From Gammaproteobacteria bacterium (GTDB lineage Bacteria > Pseudomonadota > Gammaproteobacteria > UBA9214): 39,649 nucleotides of DNA. The first letter of the stretch is position 1; every line of letters starts with the position of its first letter. The stretch is from NCBI GenBank assembly GCA_029881775.1, contig JAOULY010000001.1, positions 1 through 39,649 on the forward strand. The letters are read 5' to 3'. Both the position numbers and the translations under genes were made by a program. This document shows positions 39,308-39,649 of this stretch, piece after piece. The notes beneath the pieces are model-generated. The model was given only the letters and a program-made list of their open reading frames with translations, did not search any database and was not told where the DNA came from.

Positions 39308-39359
39308 ACTGTCCTTAGGTGTTATTATCGGCTGACAATACAGCATAGGTGGGGTGCTT

Positions 39360-39649
39360 ATGGAGTTTTCACTGGAAGCGTTGCAGGGCCTGGTATCGCG
39401 GATTTCCGAATACGCAACGATGGAAACGGGTTTGCAACTTGCGGTGGTTGCCGCTGCGCTGCTGGTGGCCGGTTTTATTCATCGCCCGGCTGACAGGGTA
39501 TTGTCTGCACGACTGGACCGGACTGCCCTGAAACTGCCGGGCGAGGTGGTGCTGCGACTTGCCCGGCGACTGGTCTTCCCGCTGGCTGCCTTGCTGGCCG
39601 TGTTGCTCGGCCTGTTTGTTTTCCGCGTTCTCGGTTACCCGGTCGGCTT
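39360..39649 (+). CDS. 5' part of a membrane protein gene running off the window (possibly mechanosensitive-channel family)
   Basis: This frame is not in the ORF track. It is open from ATG 39360 to the window end: MEFSLEALQGLVSRISEYATMETGLQLAVVAAALLVAGFIH...LVFPLAALLAVLLGLFVF, with two TM helices. The product guess is weak. Confidence 0.45.
   Translation, partial: MEFSLEALQGLVSRISEYATMETGLQLAVVAAALLVAGFIHRPADRVLSARLDRTALKLPGEVVLRLARRLVFPLAALLAVLLGLFVFRVLGYPVG

Overview
About 40 kb of chromosomal DNA. It probably comes from a gammaproteobacterial, halotolerant, chemolithoautotrophic sulfur oxidiser. I infer that from gene content only: phosphoribulokinase, a YeeE/rhodanese/thiol-dioxygenase-like operon, a DsrE-like gene, a Gly/Tyr-rich sulfur-globule-like protein, and a sucrose synthesis/turnover cluster. 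Gene order: patatin-like lipase; orphan HerA-like ATPase; sps-spp-fructokinase-amylosucrase; a four-gene periplasmic sulfur-handling operon; MlaC-like protein; sulfur-globule-like protein; dihaem cytochrome c fused to a DUF302-like domain, plus a DUF302-like paralogue; a membrane-anchored FeS-flavoprotein cotranscribed with a secreted Sel1/ankyrin protein; the stand-out operon at 19.86-28.79 kb; an HTH protein plus a repeat lipoprotein; then housekeeping genes (tpm, cytochrome c, ctaA, DsrE-like, prk, SulP, trmB). The stand-out operon has five genes: a stand-alone CcmI-like chaperone, a His-rich polytopic membrane protein, a 21-haem cytochrome (7 c7-type trihaem modules), a 29-haem cytochrome with an N-terminal anchor and SPOR-like domain, and an outer-membrane protein with AMIN-like, SPOR-like, TPR and beta-barrel segments. 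I read it as a candidate peptidoglycan-tethered trans-envelope electron conduit whose architecture matches none of the Mtr, Pio/Mto, Cyc2 or Geobacter Pcc systems I know. No rRNA, tRNA, CRISPR array, transposase or integrase was recognised. All calls come from reading the translated ORFs and the DNA by eye; no database search was run.
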